DNA of 64,000 nt from Pristiophorus japonicus. Lineage: Eukaryota. Positions 1-13,259 of the stretch are shown here, one piece after another; positions within the stretch are counted from its first letter, which is position 1; every line of letters starts with the position of its first letter. A model generated the notes under the pieces. That model saw only the letters and a program-made list of their open reading frames with translations, was not told the DNA's origin and did no database searches. The DNA lies in the NCBI RefSeq assembly GCF_044704955.1, contig NC_092000.1, positions 29,450,001-29,514,000 on the forward strand. The letters are read 5' to 3'. The position numbers and the translations under genes were made by a program.

Positions 1-803
1 GCAGGACGTGAAACAGTTTTACGTAGTTGAATGAGTTTGTACAGAATGTTCACCAATTGGGGTCACTGTGTGTCCATTATACGCTTTTAATGAGCACAGC
101 GCAGTAATTCTACACGCCAGCAGGCTTGACTTGCCCCAGTCGCCTGCTGTTGATTGCACTCCATTCACAGCTGCTCGCGACTCGAGTGCGACCAAATCAA
201 CCCGGGAACCTTCCTTCAGTGTCCCTGCAGTACACTTTGTATTTTAAATCCGTAGTTCTATAGTTTGCCCGATCCCCATGGCTCTGGCTCAGAAGCCGAG
301 CCAATCAGGAGACGGGGTGGGATAGTCGACATTCTGAAGTATGTTCCTATGATTATAGCTTCTTTTAGAGGGTGAATGTCGGTGACAAGTAACCTGAAGT
401 CACTGTGAATCTTGTAAATATATATCTGTACTCTGAGAATCAATACCATCCACTTTCTCAGTTTGTTTGATTTAAAACTAAGCTGTGGTTTCAACGCACC
501 AGGTTTTTAAAATAATTATTAAACAGTTATAGAGAATAATCGGCAGCCCGTTGTATTTTTTCCACCTTCAATCATTCAGACCCCCCCCCCCCTCCCCCAC
601 CCCCATCAGGTATAGTTGGCTGAAGCTGTTCCTAAATAAGCCGCTGACTGGGACTGGAGTATGGAGAATTGTTCCAGCGAGGTGGGTGGTGATGTCCTCG
701 CGGTGAGTTGCAGCCCCTCAGTGTCTCCGGGACTACACGGCACTGTAGGTGTCCCTGAGCCATACGGACCAGTAGGAAGACCCCAGCGCCCGGTCCTGTT
801 CTC

Positions 804-1600
804 TTTTTTTTTTATCCGTTCACTGGGATGTGGGCGTCGCTGGCATTGAGAAGGTGGTGGTGAGCCACCGCCTTGAACCGCTGCAGTCCGTGTGGCGAAG
901 GTGCTGTTAGGGAGGGAGTTCTAGGATTTTGACTCAGCGTCGATGAAGGAACGGCGATATATTTCCAAGTCAGGATGGTGCGTGAATTGGAGGGGAACTT
1001 GGAGGTGGTGGTGTTCCCATGCACCTGCTGCCCTTGTCCTAGGTGGTAGAGGTCGCGGGTTTGAGAGATGCTGCCGAAGGAGCCTTGGCGAGTTGCTGCT
1101 TGTAGTTGGTGCACACTGCAGCCACGGTGCGCCGGTGGTGGAGGGAGTGAATGTTCACGATGGTGGATGGGGTGCCAATCAAGCGGGCAGCTTTGTCCTG
1201 GATGGTGTCGAGCTTCTTGAGTGTTGGAGCTAAACGCATCCAGGCAAGTGGAGAGTATTCCATCACACCCCTGACTTGTGCCTTGTAGATGGTGGAAAGG
1301 CTTTGGGGAGTCAGGAGGTGAGACACTCGCCGCAGGATACCCAGCCTCTGACCTGCTCTTGTTGCCACAATATTTATGTGGCTGGTCCAGTTAAGTTTCT
1401 GGTCAGTGTTAATGCCGTTGAATGTCAAGTGGCAGTGTTTAGACCTTCGCTTCTTGGGGATAGCCATTGCCTGGCACTTGTGTGGCGTGAATGTTACTCA
1501 TCACTTAGCAGCCCAAGCCTGAATGTCGTCTAGGTCTTGCTGCATGCGGGCATGGACTGCTCCATTTTCTGAACAGTTGCGAATGATACTGAACACTAAT
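804..1600 (-). mobile_element. 3' fragment of a CR1/L2-group LINE, distinct from the main CR1 family, with an A-rich tail
   Basis: ORF 1039-1467 encodes post-RT thumb-like sequence (LNWTSHI...RLGILRR...IYKAQVR.MEY..LAW). A-run tail at 804-813. Exact clade not assignable by eye. Confidence 0.8.
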
Positions 1601-2224
1601 CTGCCGCTGATTTAAGCCAGGCTAGTAATAGGGTCACAGCAGTCGTGCTCAGCCATTTCTCTTCCTGCCCCTGTCCAGTGTATCCAGCCAGAAAATGCAT
1701 GAGAGTCGATGGCAGCTGAGAGAGCAGTGTGGCTTTTGGTGTGGTGTTATTGCTAGTCAAATAAGCCTCTCCTCGCTGCCTTGGCCACTTGCTTGGGAAC
1801 TGAGCCCATGAGTCTGCAGGGAGTGGAGGGTTTTAAAGTATCACTTTGCTTTATCAAACCTTCCAATGTACAGAGAAGCAAACGGTATAATGGAAGAATA
1901 TTGTGCCTTTCTATTGGCCACACCAAACTGAAGAATGGAGCTTTTAAAATCACCACCTCTGGTTCATGCTGTTCTCGGTATATTACACCACGTACTTACT
2001 GGAGCAATGGATTACAATCTCAGGCCTGGCTGTAATTGTTTAGATATTTAGCTCTTTGATGAAGTATTCTGTTTCCTCCTCCTGGATTTGTGCGCACAAT
2101 CCCAGCTTGGCATTCCGATGGTTCCCACTTCATCCCCCTCACCTCTTCAAATAAACAAACTGCTGCCACTCAGGGAATGAAAGAGGCTGAGCATTCTGAG
2201 ATTGAGGTAGGGTTTGCTAACTGT

Positions 2225-3110
2225 CAGCTGTGGCTCAGTGGGCAGCACACTCGATTCTGAGCCTGAAGGTTGTGGGTTCAAGTCCCACTCCAGGGACATG
2301 AGTGCATAAATCTAGGCTGACACTCCCAGTGCAGTGCTGAGCGAGCGCCGCACTATAGGAAACATAGAAACTAGGTGCAGGAGTAAGCCATTCGGCCCTT
2401 CGAGCCTGCACCGCCATTCAATGAGTTCATGGCTGAACATGCAACTTCAGTACCCCATTCCTGCCTTCTCGCCATACCCCTTGATTCCCCCTAGTAGTAA
2501 GGACTTCATCTAACTCCTTTTTGAATATATTTAGTGAATTGGCCTCAACAACTTTGTGGTAGAGCATTCCACAGGTTCACCACTCTCTGGGTGAAGAAGT
2601 TTCTCCTTATCATGGTCCTAAATGGCTTACCCCTTATCCTTAGACTGTGATCCCTGGTTCTGGACTTCCCCAACATTCTTCCTGTCAAAACCTGTCAGAA
2701 TTTTAAACGTTTCTATGAGATTCCCTCTCATTCTTCTGAACTCCAGTGAATACAAGCCCAGTTGATCCAGTCTTTCTTGATATGTCAGTCCCACCATCCC
2801 GGGAATCTTTTGGGTGAGACATTAAACCGAGGTCCCGTCTGCTCTCTCAGGAGGATGTAAAAGATCCCACGGCACTATTTTGAAGAAGAGCTGGGGTGTC
2901 ATGGCCAATATTTATCCCTCAATCAGTATCACAAAAACAAATGATCTGGTCATTATGACATTGCTGCTTGTTGGAGCTTGCTGTATGCAAATTAGCTGCC
3001 ACGTTTCCCACATTACAAAAGTGACTACACTTCAAAAAGTACTTCATTGGCTGTAAAGTGCTTTGAGACGTGCGGTGGTCATGAAAGGCTCTATTATAAA
3101 TGCAAGTCTT
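2225..3110 (+). mobile_element. tRNA-derived Deu-domain SINE (SacSINE1/AmnSINE-like), split by a CR1 insertion at ~2357-2807
   Basis: A box TGGCTCAGTGG, B box GGTTCAAGTCC, Deu-like core and L2-type tail ...ATAAATGCAAGTCTT. Confidence 0.85.
2357..2807 (-). mobile_element. CR1 3' fragment inserted in SINE
   Basis: Near-identical to the 3' end of the CR1 at 6452-6930, including the TTTCTATG tail. Confidence 0.88.
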
Positions 3111-3600
3111 GGGACCTTCACTGAGTTGAATTCAAGCTTACGAGGAGAGGCAGGGACACGTGCTCCTAATTCAGTGGTCTGGGCCGGATTTGAACCCAGA
3201 TCGGCAAGTGAAAGCCCAACATTTAATTCAGCGCACCACTAAATAAATAGTAGAAAGTTCATTGTTTTTAAATCTCGAGTTACTCTTTCTGGAATCTATT
3301 GTAAAACCAGTTTTGTAAACAGCCGCATCTCTGAGCAAAGGTTCTGTGCGGAGGTTTGTTTCGGGCTCCTGGAACTATAAATATCAGACTCAGTCATGCC
3401 TTCAACGAGGCTTTGCCAATCTTCCAGAATTTAAAGATTAATCTCCAGGAGACTGCTGTAAGCAACTCTTAAAGCAAAGTCATTTATTTTTAAATTTTCT
3501 ATGAACACTTTTAATAATTATAAAAATGTTGGAGATGGTTGGGGTGGGGAGAAAGCTTAAGCGGTAGCAATTGCAAGGAGGTCATCCGATGAAATGTCCA

Positions 3601-4024
3601 GAAAGACTTGCATTTATATAGCACCTTTCACGACCAACAGACGTCTCAAAGCATTTTACAGCCAATTAAGTACTTTAAGTGCAATAATGTGGGAAATGCA
3701 GCAGCCAACTTGTGCACAGCAAGCTCCCACAAACAGCAATGTGATAATGACTGATCATCTGTTTTTGTTATGTTGATTGAGGGATAAATATCAGCCATGA
3801 CAACCTTCGAAATAGTGCCATGGAATCTTTTATAACCACCTGAGAGAGCAGATGGGGCCTCGGTTTAACGTCTCATCCGAAAGACGGCACCACCGACAGT
3901 GCAGCACTCCTTCAGCCCTGCACTGCAGTGTCAGCCTAGGTTTATGTGCTCCAGTTTCTGGAGTGGAACTTGAACCCACAACCTTCTCACTCCGCGACGA
4001 GAGTGTTGCCCACTGAGCCACTAG
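3601..4024 (-). mobile_element. Deu-domain SINE
   Basis: Reverse complement of the family at 47057-47496. Head and tail present. Confidence 0.85.
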
Positions 4025-4031
4025 CCTCATG

Positions 4032-4500
4032 AAGCAAAATACCGTGGATGTTGGAAATACGAAATAAACACAGAAAATGCTGGAACCATTCAGCTGTTAA
4101 GTCAGCATCTGTGGAGAGAGAGAAATAGCACAAACTGGCCATTCTGCCCAGTTGGTCTATACCAGTGTTTATGCTCCACACGAGCCTCCTCCCACCTCTC
4201 TTCATCTCACCCTATCAGCATAACCTATTCTTTTCTGCCTCGTACTTATTTGCCTTCCCCCTTAAATGCATCTATAATATTTGCCTCAATTACTTCCTGT
4301 GGTAGTGTGTTCCACATTCTAATCACTCTCTGGGTAAAGAGGTTTCTCTTGAATTCCTTATATTTATGGTTCTGGTCTCCCCCACAAGTGGAAATGTCCT
4401 CTCCACGACTACCCTATCAAACCCTTTCATAATCTTAAAGACCTCCATCAGGCTACACCTCAGACAAAAGCGACCCAACCTGTTCAGTCTTGTCAGTTAG
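4032..4500 (-). mobile_element. Penelope terminal-repeat fragment (~4032-4128) followed by an older CR1 3' fragment
   Basis: Similar to the reverse complement of 26405-26482, then CR1 3'UTR/ORF2-end motifs. Confidence 0.6.
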
Positions 4501-5144
4501 TTGTAGCAAAGGGGAAGGGAAGCATGGATAGTCTGGAAAAGAGAAGGCTCTCGAGACCCAGGAATGTGGTGGAGAAAGGCAGGTAGTCCCTAGGGGTGCA
4601 GACCACCCCACCGACCGTGTACTGACTGGATCCTGACTCCAGGCACCAGCCCACACCTCCACTCTCAGTGCCTCTGGGGCAGCCGTCTTCCATTACTACG
4701 TGACGAGAGAGTGAGTATTCTCAACTCGAGGGATGCAGCATGTAGCGCGGTGGGGCGGTGGTGAACCTTCGTTCTCACCATCTGCGGACTCGGGTTATTC
4801 TCGGTAAGGTGCTCGTGGGTGTCTCCCAGTCACTCATTTAAGTTAAAGGCTCTCGCAGTCGATGGTACTGATTCACATTCAGATAATTACACAAAACCCC
4901 ACCACTCATGTCATCCAACAACATCCAGAACTTAATAAGTGGCACATCACCCAATTTTGGTTGGACACTTTAGCAGAACCCAAAACTTTAATTGTTTTTC
5001 TCTCTGATTTTTACTGACCTGTTGGATATTTCCATTTTGAGTTCAGATTTCCAATACGGGGGAGTGGGACGAATTGGATCGCTCTTTCAAAATGCCAGCA
5101 CAGGCACGATAGACCAAATGGCCGCCTTCTGTGCTGTATCACAA

Positions 5145-6451
5145 AACATAGAAAATAGGTGCAGGAGTAGGCCATTCGGCCCTTCGAGCCTGCACCACCA
5201 TTCAATAAGATCGTGGCTGATCATTCCCTCAGTACCCCTTTCCTGCTTTCTCTCCATCCCCCTGGATCCTTTTAGCCATAAGGGTCATATCTAACTCCCT
5301 CTTGAATATATCCAATGAACTGGCATCAACAACTTTCTGCAGTAGAGAATTCCACAGGTTAACAACTCTCTGAGTGAAGAAGTTTCTCCTCATTTCAGTC
5401 CTAAGTGGCTTACCCCTTAGACTATGTCCCCGGTTTTGGAATTCCCCAACATCGGGAACTTTCTTCCTGCATCTAACCTGTCCAGTCCCGTCAGAATTTT
5501 ATGTTTCTATGAGATCCCCTCTTATCCTTCTAAACTCCAGTGAATACATGCCCAGTCGATCCAGTCTCTCCTCATATGTCAGTCCTGCCATCCCGGGAAT
5601 CAGTCTGGTGAACCTTCGCTGCACTCCCTCAATAACAAGAACGTCCTTCCTAAGGTTAGGAGACCAAAACTGAACACAATATTCCAGGTGAGGCCTCACC
5701 AAGGCCCTGTACAACTGCAGTAAGACCTCCCTACTCCTATACTCAAATCCTCTAGCTATGAAGGCCAACTTCACCGCCTGCTGTACCTGCATGCCAACTT
5801 TCAATGACTGATGTACCATGACACCCAGGTCTCGTTGCACCTTCCCTTTTCCTAATCTGCCATTCAGATAATATTCTGCCTTTGTGTTTTTGCCACCAAA
5901 GTGGATAACCTCACATTTATCCACATTATACTGCATCTGCCATGCATTTTCCCACTCACCCAACCTGTCCAAGTCACCCTGCAGCCTCTTAGCGTTCTCC
6001 TCACAGCTCACACCGCCACCCAGCTTAGTGTCATCTACAAACTTGGAGATATTACATTCAATTCCTTCATCTAAATCATTAATGTATATTGTAAATAGCT
6101 GGGGTCCTAGCACTGAGCCCTGCGGCACCCCACTAGTCACTGCCTGCCATTCTGAAAAGGACCCGTTTATCCCGACTCTCTGCTTCCTGTCTGCCAACCA
6201 ATTCTCTATCCACGCCAGTACATTACCCCCAATACAATGTGCTTTGATTTTGCACACCAATCTCTTATGTGGGACCTTGTCAAAGGCCCTTTGAAAGTCC
6301 AAATACACCACATCCACTGGTTCTCCCTTGTCCACTCTACTAGTTACATCCTCAAAAAATTCCAGAAGATTTGTCAAGCATGATTTCCCTTTCATAAATC
6401 CATGCTGACTTGGACCGATCCTGTCACTGCTTTCCAAATGCGCTGCTATTT
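5145..6451 (-). mobile_element. CR1 LINE, 3' part of host copy (RT domain); continues at 10747
   Basis: ORF 5499-6437 with QHGF, YLDF..AFDKV, SGVPQGSVLGP and FVDD motifs. CR1 tail at ~5145. Confidence 0.93.
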
Positions 6452-9400
6452 ACATAGAAACATAGAAACTAGGTGCAGGAGTAGGCCATTCAGCCCTTCT
6501 CGCCTGCACCGCCATTCAATGAGTTCATGGATGAACATGCAACTTCAGTACCCCATTCCTGCTTTCTCGCCATACCCCTTGATCCCCCTAGTAGTAAGGA
6601 CTTCATCGAACTCCTTTTTGAATATATTTAGTGAATTGGCCTCAACAACTTTCTGTGGTAGAGAATTCCACAGGTTCACCACTCTCTGGGTGAAGAAGTT
6701 TCTCCTCATCTCGGTCCTAAATGGCTTACCCCTTATCCTTAGACTGTGACCCCTGCTTCTGGACTTCCCCAACATTGGGAACATTCTTCCTGCATCTAAC
6801 CTGTCTAAACCCATCAGAATTTTAAACGTTTCTGAGGTCCCCTCTCATTCTTCTGAACTCCAGTGAATACAAGTACCAGTTGATCCAGTCTTTCTTGATA
6901 GGTCAGTCCCGCCATCCCGGGAATCAGTCTGGTGAACCTTCGCTGCACTCCCTCAATAGCAAGAATGTCCTTCCTCAGGTTAGGAGACCAAAACTGTACA
7001 CAATACTCCAGGTGTGGCCTCACCAAGGCCCTGTACAACTGTAGCAACACCTCCCTGCCCCTGTACTCAAATCCCCTCGCTATGAAGGCCAACATGCCAT
7101 TTACTTTCTTAACCGCCTGCTGTACCTGCATGCCAACCTTCAATGACTGATGTACCATGACACGCAAGTCTCGTTGCACCTCCCCTTTTCCTAATCTGTC
7201 ACCATTCAGATAATAGTCTGTCTTTCTGTTTTTACCACCAAAGTGGATAACCTCACATTTATCCATATTATACTTCATCTGCCATGCATTTGCCCACTCA
7301 CCTAACCTATCAAGTCACTCTGCAGCCTCATAGCATCCTCCTCGCAGCTCACACTGCCACCCAACTTAGCGTCATCCGCAAATTTGGAGATACTACATTT
7401 AATCCCCTCGTCTAAATCATTAATGTACATTGTAAACAGCTGGGACCCCAGCACAGAACCTTGCGGTACCCCACTAGTCACTGCCCGCCATTCTGAAAAG
7501 TCCCCATTTACTCCTACTCTTTGCTTCCTGTCTGACAACCAGTTCTCAATCCATGTCAGCACACTACCCCCAATCCCATGTGCTTTAACTTTGCACATTA
7601 ATCTCTTGTGTGGGACCTTGTCGAAAGCCTTCTGAAAAAGTCCAAATATACCACATCAACTGGTTCTCCCTTGTCCACTCTACTGGAAACATCCTCAAAA
7701 AATTCCAGAAGATTTGTCAAGCATGATTTTCCTTTCACAAATCCATGCTGACTTGAACCTATCATGTCACCTCTTTCCAAATGTGCTGCTATGACATCCT
7801 TAATAATTGATTCCATCATTTTACCCACTACCGATGTCAGGCTGACCGGTCTATAATTCCCTGTTTTCTCTCTCCCTCATTTTTTAAAAAGTGGGGTTAC
7901 ATTGGCTACCCTCCACTCCATAGGAACTGACCCAGAGTCAATGGAATGTTGGAAAATGACTGTCAATGCATCCGCTATTTCCAAGGCCACCTCCTTAAGT
8001 ACTCTGGGATGCAGTCCATCAGGCCCTGAGGATTTATCGGCCTTCAATCCCATCAATTTCCCCAACACAATTTCCCGACTAATAAGGATTTCCCTCAGTT
8101 CCTCCTCCTTACGAGACCCTCTGACCCCTTTTATATCCGGAAGGTTGTTTGTGTCCTCCTTAGTGAATACCGAACCAAAGTACTTGTTCAATTGGTCCGC
8201 CATTTCTTTGTTCCCCATTATAACTTCCCCTGATTCTGACTGCAGGGGACCTTTTACTAACCTTTTTCTCTACATATCTATGGAAACTTTTGCAATCCGT
8301 CTTAATGTTCCCTGCAAGCTTCTTCTCGTACTCCATTTTCCCTGCCCTAATCAAACCATTTGTCCTCTGCTGAGTTCTAAATTTCTCCCAGTCCCCGGGT
8401 TCGCTGCTATTTCTGGCAAATTTGTATGCCACTTCCTTGGCTTTAATACTATTCCTGATTTCCCTTGATAGCCACGGTTGAGCCACCTTCCCTTTTTTAT
8501 TTTTACGCCAGACAGGAATGTACAATTGTTGTAGTTCATCCATGCGGTCTCTAAATGTCTGCCATTGCCCATCCACAGTCAACCCCTTAAGTATCATTCA
8601 CCAATCTATCCTAGCCAATTCACGCCTCATACCTTCAAAGTTAGCCTTCTTTAAGTTCTGGACCATGGTCTCTGAATTAACTGTTTCATTCTCCATCCTA
8701 ATGAAGAATTCCACCATATTATGGTCACTCTTCTCCAAGGGGCCTCGCACAACGAGATTGCTAATTAATCCTCTCTCGTTACACAACACCCAGTCTAAGA
8801 TGGCCTCCCCCCTAGTTGGTTCCTTGACATATTGGTCTAGAAAACCATCCCTTATGCACTCCAGGAAATCCTCCTCCACCGTATTGCTTCCAGTTTGGTT
8901 AGCCCAATCTATGTGCATATTAAAGTCACCCATTATAACTGCTGCACCTTTATTGCATGCACCCCTAATTTCCTGTTTGATGCCTTCCCCAACATCACTA
9001 CTACTGTTTGGAAGTCTGTACACAACTCCCACTAACGTTTTTTGCCCTTTGGTGTTCTGCAGCTCGACCCATATAGATTCCACATCATCCAAGCTAATGT
9101 CTTTCCTAACTATTGCATTAATCTCCTCCTTAACCAGCAATGCTATCCCACCTCCTTCTCCTTTTATTCTATCCTTCCTGAATGTTGAATACCCCTGGAT
9201 GTTGAGTTCCCAGCCCTGATCATTCTGGAACCACGTCTCCGTAATCCCAATCACATCATATTTGTTAACATCTATTTGCACAGTTAATTCATCCACCTTA
9301 TTACGGATACTCCTTGCATTAAGACACAAAGCCTTCAGGCTTGTTTTTTTTTTTTAAAACACTCTTTGTCCTTTTAGAATTTTTCTGTACAGTGGCCCTT

Positions 9401-10746
9401 TTTGTTCTTTGCCTTGGGTTTCTCTGCCCTCCACTTTTACTCATCTCCTTTCTGTCTTTTGCTTTTGTCTCCTTTTTGTTTCCCTCTGTCTCCCTGCATT
9501 GGTTCCCTGCCATATTAGTTTAACTCCTCCCCAACAGCACTAGCAAACACTCCCCCTAGGACATTGGTTCCGGTCCTGCCCAGGTGCATACCGTCCGGTT
9601 TGTACTGGTCCCACCTCCCCCAGAACCGGTTCCAACGCCCCAGGAATTTGAATCCCTTCCTGCTGCACCACTGCTCAAGCCACGTATTCATCTGCGCTAT
9701 CCTGCGATTCCTACTCTGACTAGCACGTGGCACTGGTAGCAATCCCGAGATTACTACTTTTGAGATCCTACTTTGTAATTTGGCTCCTAGCTCCTTAAAT
9801 TCGTTTCGTAGGACCTCATCCCTTTTTTTAACCTATGTCATTGGTACCAATATGCACCACGACAACTGGCTGTTCACCCTCCCTTTTTAGAATGTCCTGC
9901 TCCCGCTCCGAGACATCCTTGACCCTTGCACCAGGGAGGCAACATACCATCCTGGAGTCTCGGTTGCGGCCGCAGAAACGCCTATCTATGCCCCTTACAA
10001 TTGAATCCCCTATCACTATCGCTCTCCCACTCTTTTTCCTGCCCTCCTGTGCAACAGAGCCAGCCACGGTGCCATGAACTTGGCTGCTGCTGCCCTCCCC
10101 TGATGAGTCATCCCCCCCAACAGTACCCAAAGCAGTGTATCTGTTTTGCAGGGGGATGACCACAGGGGACCCCTGCACTACCTTCCTTGCACTGCTCTTC
10201 CTGCTGGTCTTCCATTCCCTATCTGGCTGTGGACCCTTTCCCTGCGGTACGACCAACTCGCTACACGTGCTACTCACGTCATTCTCAGCATCGTGAATGC
10301 TCCAGAGTGAATCCACCCTCAGCTCCAACTCCGCAACGCGGTCCGTCAGGAGCTGGAGGCGAATACACTTCCCGCACACGTAGTAGTCAGGAACACTGGT
10401 GTCGTCCCTGAGTTCCCACATGGTACAGGAGGACCGAGCTGTCTTGCCATGACTTAACCCTTAGATAGGCAACAACAATGCTAAAGTTTACTCACTGTTA
10501 TAGAAGAGAAAAAAGAAAAACTACTCACCAATCACCAACCCCCTTGGCTGTGACGTCACCTTTCTGTTTCTTTCTACTACTTTTTTGCCTTCTCCCTGTA
10601 GCTGCACCGGCTCGCCTCTCGCCGACCCCGGAACTCACGCCTCTCCCCATGCTACTCTCGACTCAGCGACGCACCTCCCGACTGCCGCCGCGTTGGGCCT
10701 TTTGTAGGCCTCTCGCCGACCCCGCAACTCACGCACCTCCTTGACG
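6452..10746 (-). mobile_element. Near full-length CR1 LINE (5'UTR, ORF1, ORF2, tail), disrupted
   Basis: CpG-rich 5'UTR. ORF1 ~9515-10450 with CxxC and SGNH/GDSL esterase (IGDSIVR, VHIGTND). ORF2 ~6545-9329 with APE endonuclease (NARS, ITETW, GDFN, SDH) and RT. Several stops and frameshifts. Confidence 0.95.
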
Positions 10747-11605
10747 CATCCTTAATAATTGATTCCAACATTTTCCCCACTACTGATGTCAGGCTAACCG
10801 GTCTATAATTACCCGTGTTCTCTCTCCCTCCTTTTTTTAAAAAGTGGTGTTACATTAGCTACCCTCCAGTCCATAGGAACTGATCCAGAGTCAATAAACT
10901 GTTGGAAAATGATCACCAATGCATCCATTATTTCTAGGGCCACTTCCTTAAGTACTCTGGGATGCAGACTATCAGGCCCCGGGGATTTATCGGCCATCAA
11001 TTTCCCCAACACCATTTTCTGCCTAATAAGGATATCCTTCAGTTCCTCCTTCTCTCTCGACCCTGGTCCCCTAGTACATCCGGAAGGTTATTTGTGTCTT
11101 CCTTCGTGAAGACAGAACCAAAGTATTTGTTCAATTGGTCTGCCAACTCTTTGTTCCCCATTATAAATTCACCTGAGTCAGACTGCAAGGGACCTACGTT
11201 TGTCTTCACTAATCTTTTTCTCATCACATATCTATAGAAGCTTTTGCAGTCAGTTTTTATGTTCCCGGCAAGCTTCCTCTCGTACTCTATTTTCCCCTCC
11301 TAATCAAACCCTTTGTCCTCCTCTGCTGAATTCTAAATTTCTCCCAGTCCTCAGGTTTGCTGCTTTCTTTTGGCCAATTTATATGCCTCTTCCTTGGATC
11401 TAACACTATCCTTAATTTCCCTTGTTAGCCACGGTTGAGCCACCTCCCCTGTTTTATTTTTATTTCAGACAGGGATGTACAATTGTTGAATACCCTGAAT
11501 GTTGAGTTCCCAGCCTTGGCCATCCTGGAGCCATGTCTCTGTGATGCCAATTACATCATATCCATTAACTGCTATCTATGCAGTTAATTCGTCCACCTTA
11601 TTCCT
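10747..11605 (-). mobile_element. CR1 LINE, 5' part of the host copy interrupted at 6451, with internal deletions
   Basis: Resumes ORF2 exactly where 6451 stops (KSPGPD.LHPRVLKE, DWRVANVTPLFKK). Confidence 0.9.
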
Positions 11606-12059
11606 ATGTGAACTCTCCATTGTGGCAGAAGGTAGAGCGATGGGCAGAAACTAGAGAAAGATACGAGTTCAGAGCTAGGACGGGGGGAGCTTTGGCAGAA
11701 GTTACAGTCAGGTAAACCGATGGTCTCAATCTTAGGGTCAAAGAAATTCACGAGTTCCTCATACTTGATGGAAAGGGGTTTAAGGGTTAAGGGTTAAGGG
11801 TTAGGCAGTCACTAGCACTCCTACCCTGTAAGCCAAACTTATTCAGTAGCACAGGCAGTATGTGTACCCACTGAGCTACCAATAGAGCCTGATCTGGAAC
11901 ATTTGAAATGTTTCTCAGGGGGAGGTGCGATGTAGTGAGCTAGGAGAGTTGTGAGGAGCAGGGAAGGAGAGGTGAGGCAGCAGGTTTTGTTCTCGTACTG
12001 CTGTTAAAGTCAGGGGCAAGGGAAAAATGTTGCTTGCTGAGGCTAATGTTACTTGTTGT

Positions 12060-12375
12060 TGAGTGCTGCACAGTCGGAGGTGCCGTCTTTCGGATGAAAC
12101 AGAGGCCTCGTCTGCTCGCAGGTGGACGTAAAACATCCGACTGCACTATCTTGAAGAGCTGGGGAGTTAGCCACAATCGCCTGTCCAATATTTTCAATCA
12201 ACATCACTAAAAAACAGATTATCTGGTCATTATCACATTGCTGTTTGTGGGAGCTTACTATGCACAGTTTGGCTGCTGTATTTCAACAGTGACTACACTT
12301 CAAAAAGCATTTAATTGGCTGTAAAACATTTTGGGATGTCCTGAAGTGGTGAAAGGCGTTATAGAAATGCAAGAA
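12060..12375 (+). mobile_element. Deu-domain SINE, 5' truncated
   Basis: GGAGGTGCCGTCTTTCGGATGA core and L2-type tail. Confidence 0.8.
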
Positions 12376-12669
12376 ATTCTTGGTTCAGCAAAACTAAATA
12401 CACTCAATTGCATTATGATTCCAGACTGGGGAGACTTATCCTCTATCTTGAAGAATATCCGCTGTGTTGAGTTTCTGCTGGTGAGCGGCCGGGTCATTGC
12501 AAGACATCAATACCTGCAGCACGAGCTGAACAGAGACATCGTCCGTGTCAAAGGATTTTGTACATAAGCGCAGGTACTGGTGTACATCACTGGAGCAACC
12601 AGAGACAGCAGCAGCCTGGCGAGTTTGATGCTGGGAGTGCAGAAAGACTGGAATGTACCAGGTCAGAAC

Positions 12670-12930
12670 AGACAAGAACTTGCATTTATCAAGCGTTTTA
12701 ACATAGTAAAATGTCCCAAGGTGCTTTACAGAAGTGATCAGATTGACAGCTCTAAAGGAGGAGATATTAGGACAGGGGCTTGGTCAAAGAGGTAGGTTTT
12801 AAGGAGCATCTTAAAGGTAGAAAGAGAGGCGGAGAGGATTATGGAGCAAGTTCCAGAGCTTGGGGCCTAGACGGCTGACGGCATGCCCTCCCAGTGGTGG
12901 GGCGAAGGAGTGGGGGATGCACAGAAAGGT
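12670..12930 (-). mobile_element. L2 LINE 3' fragment
   Basis: Reverse complement similar to the L2 ends at 34950-35392 and 48620-49010. Confidence 0.7.
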
Positions 12931-13259
12931 CAGAGTTAGAGGATCGCACTTAACTTATTTGTTTGAGGGTAAACTCACACCCTTCACCTCCTGCAAATCG
13001 CACGCCTCATCAATGAAAGTCTGGCCAACAGATGAAGGAAATAACGAAAACCATCACCTTTGTATGAATTAAATCTAATAATAATAATAATAATCACTTT
13101 TATTTATATAGCGCCTTTAACGTAGTAAATCGTCCAATTGGAGACCTTCACCTGGATGGTGCCTTTACAAAAGAAGCCCAGCATGAATGCAGATAATTTG
13201 TCGAGAGCTGGATAGCCGAGAGGCTCAGGATTCACAAACACTCGCAAACTGTACATGGA

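Noticed and set aside
600-800. GC-rich non-repetitive stretch with short ORFs on both strands (661-849)
   Set aside because: No recognisable protein similarity in the frames I translated and no convincing splice-site pair.
3170-3240. tRNA-like sequence on the minus strand (GGGTTCAAATCC B box)
   Set aside because: No full cloverleaf; more likely an old SINE head. The same applies to all DeuSINE heads, so no tRNA genes are called.
5884-9219. Long plus-strand ORFs (5884-6294, 7902-8468, 8518-9219; also 42312-43070)
   Set aside because: Antisense shadows of CR1 ORF2.
11781-11805. (TTAAGGG)n and short TTAGGG runs (also ~48328-48349, ~21898-21909)
   Set aside because: Too short and degenerate to call interstitial telomeric sequence.
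12436-12675. 79-aa minus-strand ORF downstream of ATP13A1
   Set aside because: No recognisable homology and no canonical donor at its end. Could be extended 3'UTR or intergenic sequence.
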